Source: Mustelus asterias (taxonomy: Eukaryota). Taken from it: 64,000 nt of DNA. Where the stretch lies: contig NW_027590210.1 of the NCBI RefSeq assembly GCF_964213995.1, forward strand, positions 620,001 to 684,000. The letters run 5' to 3'. The notes beneath the pieces were generated by a model. That model was given only the letters and a program-made list of their open reading frames with translations, was not told the DNA's origin and did not search any database. This document shows positions 25,558 to 36,500 of this stretch, piece after piece; positions within the stretch are counted from its first letter, which is position 1; every line of letters starts with the position of its first letter. Made by a program: the position numbers and the translations under genes.

Positions 25558-25596
25558 CACACTGAGAGGAAAGACGGGAGTCACTGTACAAAAACC
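25558..25596 (+). other. 23-RSS of V2
   Basis: CACACTG, 23 nt, ACAAAAACC (consensus nonamer). Confidence 0.92.
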
Positions 25597-25959
25597 TCAC
25601 GCCTGTGTACATTTGCTGCAACGATCAAACAAACAGCAGACTGCAGGCAAGATATGTCAGAGAGCAGGAAATGGAGCATGCGAGCGGGGTCGCCCGGGGC
25701 TTTGTAATTCCCCAATATCTGCCAGCGGCTTTGCTCAGATTTATTGACAGTCAGAGCATAACTTATCCGATGAAGGAAACAGTCACTCAGTGAGTGTGGG
25801 CTTTATGTTGAGGAAATCTTCCGCATTGTTGTTAATTTTATGCTGAAAATCTATTGTTTCAAATCAGATAATTGGTCTGTGTCCAAATACAGCAAAATCT
25901 GGAAAATATTCAGGCTTGGCCTGACAAGCAACATTCACGCCACATGCGTTCATCGAATC

Positions 25960-26262
25960 CTGCAGCGCAGATGGAGGCCATTTGGCCCATCGAGTCGGCA
26001 CCGACAACAAGCCCACAAAGGCCCTACTTCCATCTCCCCACATATTTATCGTGCTAAACCGCCTGATACGTACGGGCAATTTAGCACGGCCAATCACCCT
26101 AACCCGCACACTTTTATACTATGAGAGGGAACCGGAGCAGCCAAAGGAAACCCACACAGACAGGGGAGAACGTGCAAACTCCACACAGACTGCGACCCGA
26201 GACCGGAATTGAACCCGGGTCCCTGGCGCTGTGAGGCAGCAGTGCGAACCACTGCGCCACCG
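25960..26262 (-). mobile_element. tRNA-derived shark SINE
   Basis: Reverse-strand copy of the family seen at 17484. Confidence 0.75.
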
Positions 26263-27069
26263 TGTCGCCCCATGCAGTAACCATCTTCAAATGAGAGGAT
26301 TTAACCATTGCCCCTTGACATTCAATGGCATTACCAACACTAACTCCCTCACTATTAACAATGGCATTACCAACACTAACTCCCTCACTATTAACAAGGA
26401 CGCAGATTTCAGAACACAAGGGGACATGTGTAAGCCTTATACACATCATTGTTGAGGACACAGTTCAAACACTTGGATCCGTGTAGCGTTAATCTCAGAC
26501 ACAATGTGTAAGACAGACTGGGAAAGATGAAGTGGGGATGAGAGAGAGAGCACAATGCACAGCGGAGACTTGAGCAACTGGGGACATTTTCAATGGAGCT
26601 GCAATTCTGTTCAGAAGTGGTTGGCAGACTTGTACCCAATCAAGACAGGTTGGAAAAGATTGAAAAGGAACAGAGATAACCCGGCTGGCCTCTCAGTGCG
26701 TGACTGGAGAGCGGCATTTCTGGTGATCTTTATTAAACGGAGAGAGAAGACTTTTGTGTTCTGTGCAGTCGGCTGCTAGGTGGTTCATGCCAAACTGTAA
26801 TGGGGACAGAATCTATAAGTAATTTGCGGAGACAAGTGGATAAATATTTGACCAGTAAACGGAAATTTTAAGAATATAAGATACATCGAATGCAAGCTGC
26901 TGATAAAGAATAAGTGGGGAACCCATCAACAGAGACAGTACGTGAGCAATGGGCCGAATGGTCTCTGTTAGTGCTACAACTGTCTACGATTCTAAGATTA
27001 TGAACGGCTCTTTTCATTTAGAAAGACACCAGAGCACCGCAGTTATGAAACAATTTACTCTGTTGTTAC

Positions 27070-27165
27070 ACACCGGAAGCAGAGGGGGTCGGGGGCAGTG
27101 ACGGTTCAAGTGGTCTCTGGTTCGAGAAACAGCCAATCACTCAGTGGCACCGCAAGTGACGTCAG
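27070..27165 (+). promoter_or_regulatory. V3 promoter: ETS site, CCAAT box and AGTGACGTCA decamer/CRE (27155-27164)
   Basis: ACCGGAAG, AGCCAATC and AGTGACGTCA lie about 160-250 bp upstream of the leader ATG. Confidence 0.55.
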
Positions 27166-27322
27166 AGACCGACATCCCATAATAGTGGTGACACGGTGGC
27201 TCATCAGAGTGTAAAGCTCCCGCCTCTCCTTCCCCTCCCCACCACTCAGAGTCTAGGCCTCGGCTGCAAGTCCCAGTCTAGAAATGAGACCCGGACTGAT
27301 CCTCCTGTGCATCTTCATCAAC

Positions 27323-27747
27323 ATGGAGAAGAACACCCGCAAAAACCGCTTTCCAGTTGGGACTCTGATGCTGTTGATATTGTGTGGGTTTATGTTTCTA
27401 TTATTCATTATTTCAACACTCTCTTCACATCATGCGGTTTGTGAGTGATTTTCTTCTGTTCACAGCCGTTCAGTGTGAGTTTCAGAGCTCCCACCCTGAG
27501 CAGATGGTGTCTCGGGAAAGGGAACGGTTTGAACTGAATTGCCGGCTCTCCGTTGCTACAGACGTTACCGTTCTCTGGTTCAGACAAACACTGACATGGG
27601 CTCCGACACTGATCGCCTCCATTTACGATGGAAGTGCGACCGAAGGACGTTACACACTGTCCTTTGACCGAGTAAAGAATTCAAAAACCATCTGTATTGA
27701 TGACACCTCGGTCCAGGACTCCGGAATGTATCTGTGCGTGAAGCAGA
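27323..27747 (+). CDS. Divergent TCR-like V segment 3 (probable leader 27323-27383, V exon 27466-27747)
   Basis: Leader MEKNTRKNRFPVGTLMLLIL with GTGGGT donor splices in frame to ...FELNCRL...VLWFRQ...DSGMYLCVKQ. Confidence 0.8.
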
Positions 27748-27786
27748 CACAGTGAGACACAGAGCGGATCCGGGTGAACACTATCC
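27748..27786 (+). other. 23-RSS of V3
   Basis: CACAGTG, 23 nt, ACACTATCC. Confidence 0.85.
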
Positions 27787-28218
27787 TGCTCACTGCCCTG
27801 CCTCCGCTGCACGTTTAAATTTACCCAAAACTGGTGCCTTTAGCAATGCCGCTGATATTAGAAGTATCGATTTTCCATTTTTAACCTTCCATCTGGATAG
27901 AGTTGCAATATCCGATAACTGTCAGTACAGATGCAGTGTGTGGAAACATATTAAGTAAACTCTCTTGTTTCGTTGTTCCACACACACTGAGTAAAGAAAC
28001 AAACAGGAAAAATAACTGCTTCTCAGACACCTCAGCGGATAGAAATGCAACAGAAAGATGGCTAAACATGGAAAAAAAGGAAGATAGAAAGATCTATAAT
28101 AAGTAGATTTGTTCTTTGGATAGATAGACGCATAGATTAGTTAATTCCGTCTATGTACGCAAGCACTTTATTTATCCCCGTATGTATCTTCATGTTAATT
28201 GTATTCTTATTTTGACAG

Positions 28219-28499
28219 ATGTTCCTTGTCACTCGGAAACATTTCAGATGTCGGTGAATCGGGTAAAACTGGGACAGACCGTCTCCCTTCACCACAATGT
28301 TACTGTCACTGCAAATGACTTTGTGTTCTGGTACCGGCAATTCACCGATCAACCTCCCGAGTATCTCGTATCCACATTCAGAGATGCAAAAGTTGAGGGA
28401 AGGTTTACAGTATCTGTGGACGGTGTGAAAGGCTCCACTGCTCTCACTGTTAACACGGTTGAGTTGTCAGACGCTGCGGTGTATTACAGTGCCGTGAGG
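28219..28499 (+). pseudogene. TCR-like V segment 4: open V exon lacking both canonical cysteines, no recognisable leader
   Basis: GQTVSLHHNV (Cys to His), FWYRQF..QPPEYL, DAAVYYSAVR (Cys to Ser); acceptor at 28218. Confidence 0.8.
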
Positions 28500-28538
28500 C
28501 ACGGTGAAACAGAGAGATCAGGAGCCTGTACAATAACT
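28500..28538 (+). other. 23-RSS of V4
   Basis: CACGGTG, 23 nt, ACAATAACT. Confidence 0.85.
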
Positions 28539-28543
28539 CACTC

Positions 28544-28800
28544 ATGATGTGGAGATGCCGGCGTTGGACTGGGGTAAACAAAGTAAGAAGTCTTACAACA
28601 CCAAGTTAAAGTCCAACAGGTTTATTTGGTAGCAAAAGCCACTGGCTTTCGGAACAGGCTGTTCCTTCGTCAGGTGGGTGGGAGTTCTGATCACAAACAG
28701 GGCACAAAGACACAAACTCAATTTACATGAATAATGATTGGAATGTGAGTCTTTACAGCTAATCAAGTCTTAAAGGTACAGGCAATATGAGTGGAAGGAG
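28544..28800 (-). mobile_element. Penelope-like pLTR insertion with a 13-bp target-site duplication
   Basis: CAATAACTCACTC occurs at 28531-28543 and 28801-28813. Confidence 0.85.
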
Positions 28801-30052
28801 CAATAACTCACTCGACATGGGGACAGAGGACACAACAGCACATTGACTTTAGAAATGAGTGTGATGCAAGTAAAATCGACAGAAAATGTTCTTGATCCGA
28901 GTAATATGGTGGAATTGAAAATGCATGTTATTATTTCTAATCATTGAACTTCCAGATTAACACTCAAAAGAAACATGTAAATCATTCTTTGATACATTGG
29001 CTGATTGAAATTTGGTTATCACAATTGTTTTATTATGAGCGAGCTTTCAAAACGTCCGTTCGTTCGAAATGAACGATTCAAACATATCAGTTGTGGATTT
29101 ATGAGTTTATTAAAGCAAAATTCATCCATCTACACAGCTGGACAGGCGCTGTGCTAATGGCGCAGGCGCGTCTGAAAACTGAGATAAATGATTTGTATCA
29201 ACACTAAACAGCAAATGTAGCAAAATCGAAATGATAAAGGCAGCAGATGTAATAGCAATAACATCAAAGTAATAAAACACATAATAAACTGCAACAATAA
29301 AAATCCTGCAATATGATGCAGCAACATAAACACAATTGAGAATCGCTGTTTCACAGATGACGTCCCAAGACTTCATCTTTCGCTAAAACTTGCAGAACCG
29401 TCAGTCCCCCCTGTCACAGGTGACAGCTGGAGTTACAGGAAATACCTGTGCGTCTTGACACCACCACAAACTACAGCGCAAGAGCCGATGTGTGAATTAC
29501 GGAAGTTCTGAACCGGAAACTCTGGGATCTATCCCCACTTCAGGGCATTATGGTTACAGACATTATCCGGTCACACAGGTTGATGATCTGCTTGTAAATT
29601 CTTCCAATAAGCCGAATGACAAGTGATAAGAACAGGAGAGTTCCCTGGCCAGCCTTACTGCAGGAGGTGATGGAAACCACTGCAGGACTTTGCCAGGCAT
29701 ATTCATGGAGCAATCAAATGGAAATCTCTGGTCTACCAGCGCCGCCTCAGGGCATGGTACCTGGCACATGGTACCTACAATATTACTGAACGCCATGACA
29801 TGCTGAGTCAAAATTGTCTGCTGGTGTTTTCTGCACAGATGGGGAAACAGTTTGGGTCATCAAACTGTACAAATATTCTCATGTTAATTCTGTAAACTGC
29901 CCCGTTGCTTTGTTTTGGTAATACATTTTTAATAAGAAAACATATCTTGGAATTAATAGTTTGAGAAATCACCAGGATTTCAGGTTTCATTTCAGACTCA
30001 CTCTGATCACAATGTTTGCCTAACGCTCTGTTATGTTGAGTGGGGCTCTGAC

Positions 30053-30091
30053 AGTTTTTGTACAGGTTCAGCCCAGCTCTGTGTCTCTGTG
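30053..30091 (-). other. 23-RSS of V5
   Basis: CACAGAG, 23 nt, ACAAAAACT. Confidence 0.9.
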
Positions 30092-30514
30092 GGTCTCAGA
30101 GCGCAGTAATAAACCCCGGAGTCTGCCAGCTCTGTTTTAGACACTTTCAGCGGGACGGTGCGGGTTGTATCATTGAGTTCCGCTGAAAAACGGTCCCCTG
30201 AGGATCCCCCTGTGTTTCCGCCGTATTTGTTTGCCTGCAGCAGGAACTCCATGGATCCGCTGGGATACTGACGGTACCAGAACAAGTATAGAGTGCTCGC
30301 ACTTGTAGTTGAATAATTACAGAACAACCTTACATTGACTCCTTCAGTAACGGAGACTGCAGGTGTCTGTGAAACAGAATCTCCTCGACAATGCCCTGTA
30401 AAAACACAAAGGAATATTAAGTTACACAATGCGCCTGCACTCTGTTTCCCCCAGGACTTGCTCGTCATCCTGAACATAACCTTAGAGAGAAATCAGACGG
30501 CTGAACAGAAGCAT
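30092..30514 (-). pseudogene. TCR alpha-like V segment 5: intact V exon (30395-30092), but the putative leader has an in-frame TAA
   Basis: V exon reads DSVSQTP...LFCNYST...LFWYRQYP...DSGVYYCALRP. Leader reads ATG CTT CTG TTC AGC CGT CTG ATT TCT CTC TAA G|GTTATG. Confidence 0.75.
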
Positions 30515-31202
30515 ATTTTTCACAGTTCAGTGGCTGGAACGGGAAGGTGCTGGCGGTGATGAAATAAAACTTCCAGCATAAACATCCTGTACTTTCTAAC
30601 GAGATTAGTTCCTCGCCTTCATTCCCTGTGACTGGAACGGGAAATTGCTCAGTGTCTGTGTGTTTGAAAGTCTAGTGATTGTCAAATCATTTTTTGTTAT
30701 CAGAGAAGTTTGAATTTCAGCCTAACTCGTCCTCTCTCATTCCCTGAGGGGAAATGTGTCGGCTGCCATCAAACAGTGTTCAGTGTTGAAATCAGCGAGA
30801 TCCGAATGACTATTCGAAGTTGGGATCAAGCCAATCCTCCTATCGCCTCCCCTCACCCCCTTCCACTGAACGAACTGCCCGACAGAATATAGTGTGAGGG
30901 AAACATGTGAAACACAGTGTTGAGCAACTTGTGAACTTACCAGTTAAAAGAGCTGCTGCTGTGAGGAATAAATATAGGGTAACAGGAAACATGTTTGCAG
31001 AGAGCTCGCAGTGGATGTGACCAGAAAGGGTTGAAAGATGAAATTGTTTTCGTCAAGAGTTGGAAAGAAGTTGAGTCATATCCGGGCCCCTATTGATTGG
31101 TTCATTGCTGCCGACCTCATCATATGACATCCAATTGGCTTCAAATAATAAAATTCAGTCTCACCAATTCCAATTCAGAATTAGAAGAAATCATAGAAGA
31201 AA

Positions 31203-31536
31203 TCATAGAAACCCTACAGTACAGAAAGAGGCCATTCAGCCCATCGAGTCTGCACCGACCACAATCCCACCCAGGCCCCACCCCCATATCCCTACACATT
31301 TTACCCACGAATCCCTCTAATCTACGCATCCCAGGACACTAAGGGGCAACTTTAGCATGGCCAATCAACCTAACCCGCACATGTTTGGACTGTGGGAGGA
31401 AACCGGAGCACCCGGAGGAAACCCACGCAGACACGAGGAGAATGTGCAAACTCCACACACACAGTGACCCAAGCCGGGAATCGAACCCAGGTCCCTGGAG
31501 CTGTGAAGCAGCAGTGCTAACCACTGTGCTACCGTG
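31203..31536 (-). mobile_element. tRNA-derived shark SINE
   Basis: Same family core (ggaggaaaccggagcacccggaggaaacccac). Confidence 0.8.
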
Positions 31537-31626
31537 CCGGAAGAAGATATTTGGTGAGGTATGTAAATCAACAAGCCCCAAAATGTTCTCAATGACCCCA
31601 TTCCAAACCTGATTGAACAGAATCTG

Positions 31627-32025
31627 ATGTGGAGATGCCGGTGTTGGACTGGGGTGAACACAGTAAGAAGTCTCACAACACCAGGTTAAAGTCCAACAGG
31701 TTTATTTGGTAGCAAACACCACAAGCTTTCGGAGCGCTGCCCCTTCGTCAGATGGAGTGGAAATGTGCTCTCAAACAGGGCACACAGACACAAAATCAAG
31801 TTACAGAATACTGATTAGAATGCGAATCCCGACAGCCAGCCAGGTCTTAAAGATACAGACAATGCAGATGCAGAAATAGGCAGAGCCCCCAGGATGGGTA
31901 ATTAGCACTAAAAAAAAATTAGCAGACAAATCCCTCCACCCACATTGTCTGAATCTTTAAGACTTGGCTGGCTGTAGGGATTCGCATTCTAATCAGTATT
32001 CTGTAACTTGATTTTGTGTCTCTGT
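31627..32025. mobile_element. Penelope-like pLTR with an inverted partial copy
   Basis: pLTR at 31627-31865; 31935-32025 is its inverted segment. Confidence 0.75.
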
Positions 32026-32104
32026 ACCAGACTGTGAGGCCCTATGCTATAGCTTGTTTAGCTTGTTCAGCTTGTTTAGTTTAGCTTATGCCTGAATCCG
32101 GCAC

Positions 32105-32309
32105 TGCTGGCAACCCACCGATCAAGCTCCCGAGTATGTCGTATCCACATTCAGAGATGAAACAGCTGGGGGAAGGTTTAAAGTATCTGTGGACCGTGAG
32201 AAAGGCTCCACTACTCTCACTGTTCACTCGGTTGAGCTGTCAGACTCTGCGGTGTATTACAGTGCAATGAGGCACGGTGAATCAGAGATCAGAAACCTAT
32301 ACAAAAACA
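32105..32309 (+). pseudogene. 5'-truncated paralog of V4 (V6) with a shortened RSS
   Basis: WQPTDQAPEYVVSTFRD...DSAVYYSAMR, then CACGGTG (32273-32279), 21 nt, ACAAAAACA. The downstream ~600 bp is homologous to 28801-29400. Confidence 0.85.
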
Positions 32310-32959
32310 CACTCGACATGGGGACTGTGGACACAATACCAAAATGCCTCAGATGTGAGCATGATTCAAGCAATATCGATATAAAATGTTCTGCTTGCGA
32401 TTAACATAATGGAATTAAAACATATTTTATTATTTATCACAATGAAACTTGCAGACTAACCTTCAGTAGAAACATAAAAAACACTCCCTGATACATTGGC
32501 TTATTTAAATTTCGTTGGTATACGTGTTTGATTATTAGCGACCGTCCAAGACTTCCGTTCTTTCGAAGTGAACAATGCAAACTGGTCAGTTCTGGATTTA
32601 TGAGTTTATTGCAGGGAAATTCATCCATCTAATCAACAGAACAGGTCCTGTTCTAATGGCGCAGACGCGTCCGGAAACGGGGACAAATGCACTGATATCA
32701 ATACTAAACGTCAAATGTAACAACATCAAAATAATGACAGAGGCATCAGATGCAGTAGTAGTATCATCAAAGTAATAAAACACACAATAAACTGCTGCAC
32801 AAAAATCCTGCAATATCATGTAGCAATGTTAACAACATTGAGAGTCGCTGTTTCACAGACGCCGCACCAAGACTTCATCTTTCGCTAAAACTTGCAGAAC
32901 CTTGAGTTCAACTTGTAAATTGGTGAATAATTTTCCCCTTCAGCCGTATTTCAGATAAG

Positions 32960-33325
32960 CACTGGAGTTGGGACGTCTTGTTGAAGTTGGACAAGACATT
33001 GGTAAGGTCACACTTGGAATTCTGTGTACAGTTCTGGTCACCCTATTATAGAAAGGATATTATTAAATTAGAAAGAGTGCAGAAAAGATTTACGAGGATG
33101 CGACCGGGACTTGATTGTTTGAGTTATAAGGAGAGGCTGGAGAGACTGGGACTTTTTTCTCTGGAGCGTAGGAGGCTGAGGTGTGATGTTATAGAGGTCT
33201 ATAAAATAATGAGGGGCACAGATCAGCTCGATAGTCAATATATTTTCCCAAAGATAAGGAAGTCTAAAACCAGAGGGCATAGGTTTAAGGTGAGAGGGGA
33301 GAGATACAAAAGTTCCAGAGGGGCA
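32960..33325 (+). mobile_element. CR1 RT C-terminal fragment
   Basis: LVRSHLEFCVQFWSPYYRKDIIKLERVQKRFTRM. Confidence 0.85.
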
Positions 33326-33468
33326 ATTTATAATTATTGGAGGATCTTGTTGCAGGATTACGCTGCTGTATTTTTCTTATTCCTAAGAAAAATACAGCAG
33401 TGTATTCCTGCAACAAGATCCTCCAGTAGTCTGAGAATTCACTGATCTCCCAAGCAGAGGCCATTTAC

Positions 33469-33565
33469 CTCAGATCACCACCAGAGGGAGCGCCCTCACC
33501 GTGTTTGTGTGATCACGGTATCAGGAGTGGGTTCCATTCCACATTGATACAGGGAAACATAAACC
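33469..33565 (-). pseudogene. Degenerate J-like segment (33539-33469) with a damaged 12-type RSS (33540-33565)
   Basis: RSS reads CACATTG-ATACAGGGAA-ACATAAACC (10-nt spacer). The minus strand ends CAC GGT GAG GGC GCT CCC (t) CTG GTG GTG ATC TGA G|GTAAAT, i.e. HGEGAP/LVVI* plus a phase-1 donor, resembling FGxGTxLxVxP. Confidence 0.45.
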
Positions 33566-36500
33566 AGGAGAACTGGGTTAATTGTTAGATTACACAGTGA
33601 TATGTTACAGGGCAGTAATCCAGGGGAACTGGATTAATTGTTAGATTACACAGTGATATGTTACAGAGCAGTAATCCAGGGGAACTGGATTAATTGTTAG
33701 ATTACACAGTGATATGTTACAGAGCAGTAATCCAGGGGAACTGGATTAATTGTTGGATTACACAGTGATATGTTACAGAGCAGTAATCCAGGGGAACTGG
33801 ATTAATTGTTAGATTACACAGTGATATGTCACAGAGCAGTAATCCAGGGGAACTGGATTAATTGTTAGATTACACAGTGATATGTTACAGAGCAGTAATC
33901 CAGGGGAACTGGATTAATTGTTGGATTACACAGTGATATGTTACAGAGCAGTAATCCAGGGGAACTGGATTAATTGTTAGATAACACAGTGATATGTTAC
34001 AGAGCAGTAATCCAGGGGAACTGGATTAATTGTTGGATTACACAGTGATATGTTACAGAGCAGTAATCCAGGGGAACTGGATTAATTGTTGGATTACACA
34101 GTGATATGTTACAGAGCAGTAATCCAGGAGAACTGGATTAATTATTAGATTACACAGTGATATGTCACAGAGCAGTAATCCAGGGGAACTGGATTAATTA
34201 TTAGATTACACAGTGATATGTTACAGAGCAGTAATCCAGGGGAACTGGATTAATTGTGAGATTACACAGTGATATGTCACAGAGCAGTAATCCAGGGGAA
34301 CTGGATTAATTGTTGGATTACACAGTGATATGTTACAGAGCAGTAATCCAGGGGAACTGGATTAGTTGTGAGATTACACAGTGATATGTCACAGAGCAGT
34401 AATCCAGGAGAACTGGATTAATTGTTAGATTACACAGTGATATGTTACAGAGCAGGAATCCAGGGGAACTGGATTAATTGTTAGATTACACAGTGATATG
34501 TTACAGAGCAGTAATCCAGGGGAACTGGATTAATTGTTAGATTACACAGTGATATGTTACAGAGCAGTAATCCAGGGGAACTGGATTAATTGTTGGATTA
34601 CACAGTGATATGTTACAGAGCAGTAATCCAGGGGAACTGGATTAATTGTTAGATTACACAGTGATATGTTACAGAGCAGTAATCCAGGGGAACTGGATTA
34701 ATTGTTAGATTACACAGTGATATGTTACAGAGCAGGAATCCAGGGGAACTGGATTAATTGTTGGATTACACAGTGATATGTTACAGAGCAGTAATCCAGG
34801 AGAACTGGATTAATTGTTAGATTACACAGTGATATGTCACAGAGCAGTAATCCAGGGGAACTGGATTAATTGTTAGATTACACAGTGATATGTTACAGAG
34901 CAGTAATCCAGGAGAACTGGATTAATTGTTAGATTACACAGTGATATGTCACAGAGCAGTAATCCAGGAGAACTGGATTAAATGTTGGATTACACAGTGA
35001 TATGTCACAGAGCAGTAATCCAGGGGAACTGGATTAATTATTAGATTACACAGTGATATGTCACAGAGCAGTAATCCAGGGGAACTGGATTAATTATTAG
35101 ATTACACAGTGATATGTTACAGAGCAGTAATCCAGGAGAACTGGATTAATTATTAGATTACACAGTGATATGTTACAGAGCAGTAATCCAGGGGAACTGG
35201 ATTAATTGTTAGATTACACAGTGATATGTTACAGAGCAGTAATCCAGGGGAACTGGATTAATTGTTAGATTACACAGTGATATGTTACAGAGCAGTAATC
35301 CAGGGGAACTGGATTAATTATTAGATTACACAGTGATATGTTACAGAGCAGTAATCCAGGGGAACTGGATTAATTGTTAGATTACACAGTGATATGTTAC
35401 AGAGCAGTAATCCAGGGGAACTGGATTAATTGTGAGATTACACAGTGATATGTCACAGAGCAGTAATCCAGGGGAACTGGATTAATTGTTGGATTACACA
35501 GTGATATGTTACAGAGCAGGAATCCAGGGGAACTGGATTAATTGTTGGATTACACAGTGATATGTTACAGAGCAGTAATCCAGGGGAACTGGATTAATTG
35601 TTGGATTACACAGTGATATGTTACAGAGCAGTAATCCAGGGGAACTGGGTTAATTGTTAGATTACACAGTGATATGTCACAGAGCAGTAATCCAGGGGAA
35701 CTGGATTAATTGTTAGATTACACAGTGATATGTTACAGAGCAGTAATCCAGGGGAACTGGATTAATTGTTAGATTACACAGTGATATGTTACAGAGCAGT
35801 AATCCAGGGGAACTGGATTAATTGTTAGATTACACAGTGATATGTCACAGAGCAGTAATCCAGGGGAACTGGGTTAATTGTTAGATTACACAGTGATATG
35901 TTACAGAGCAGTAATCCAGGGGAACTGGATTAATTGTTAGATTACACAGTGATATGTCACAGAGCAGTAATCCAGGGGAACTGGGTTAATTGTTAGATTA
36001 CACAGTGATATGTTACAGAGCAGTAATCCAGGGGAACTGGATTAATTGTTAGATTACACAGTGATATGTTACAGAGCAGTAATCCAGGGGAACTGGATTA
36101 ATTGTTAGATTACACAGTGATATGTTACAGAGCAGTAATCCAGGGGAACTGGATTAATTGTTAGATTACACAGTGATATGTTACAGAGCAGTAATCCAGG
36201 AGAACTGGATTAATTGTTAGATTACACAGTGATATGTTACAGAGCAGTAATCCAGGGGAACTGGATTAATTGTTGGATTACACAGTGATATGTTACAGAG
36301 CAGTAATCCAGGGGAACTGGATTAATTGTTAGATTACACAGTGATATGTTACAGAGCAGTAATCCAGGGGAACTGGATTAATTGTTAGATTACACAGTGA
36401 TATGTTACAGAGCAGTAATCCAGGAGAACTGGATTAATTGTTAGATTACACAGTGATATGTTACAGAGCAGTAATCCAGGAGAACTGGATTAATTGTTGG

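Noticed and set aside
29122-29376. Hydrophobic membrane-protein-like ORFs
   Set aside because: AT-rich composition; start and length are not conserved in the duplicate at 32.6-32.8 kb.
33502-33565. Alternative reading as a 10-nt D segment (GAATGGAACC) with a second signal CACTCCT-12-ACACAAACA on the minus strand
   Set aside because: That heptamer matches only 3/7; the J-like reading explains more features. It is not fully excluded.
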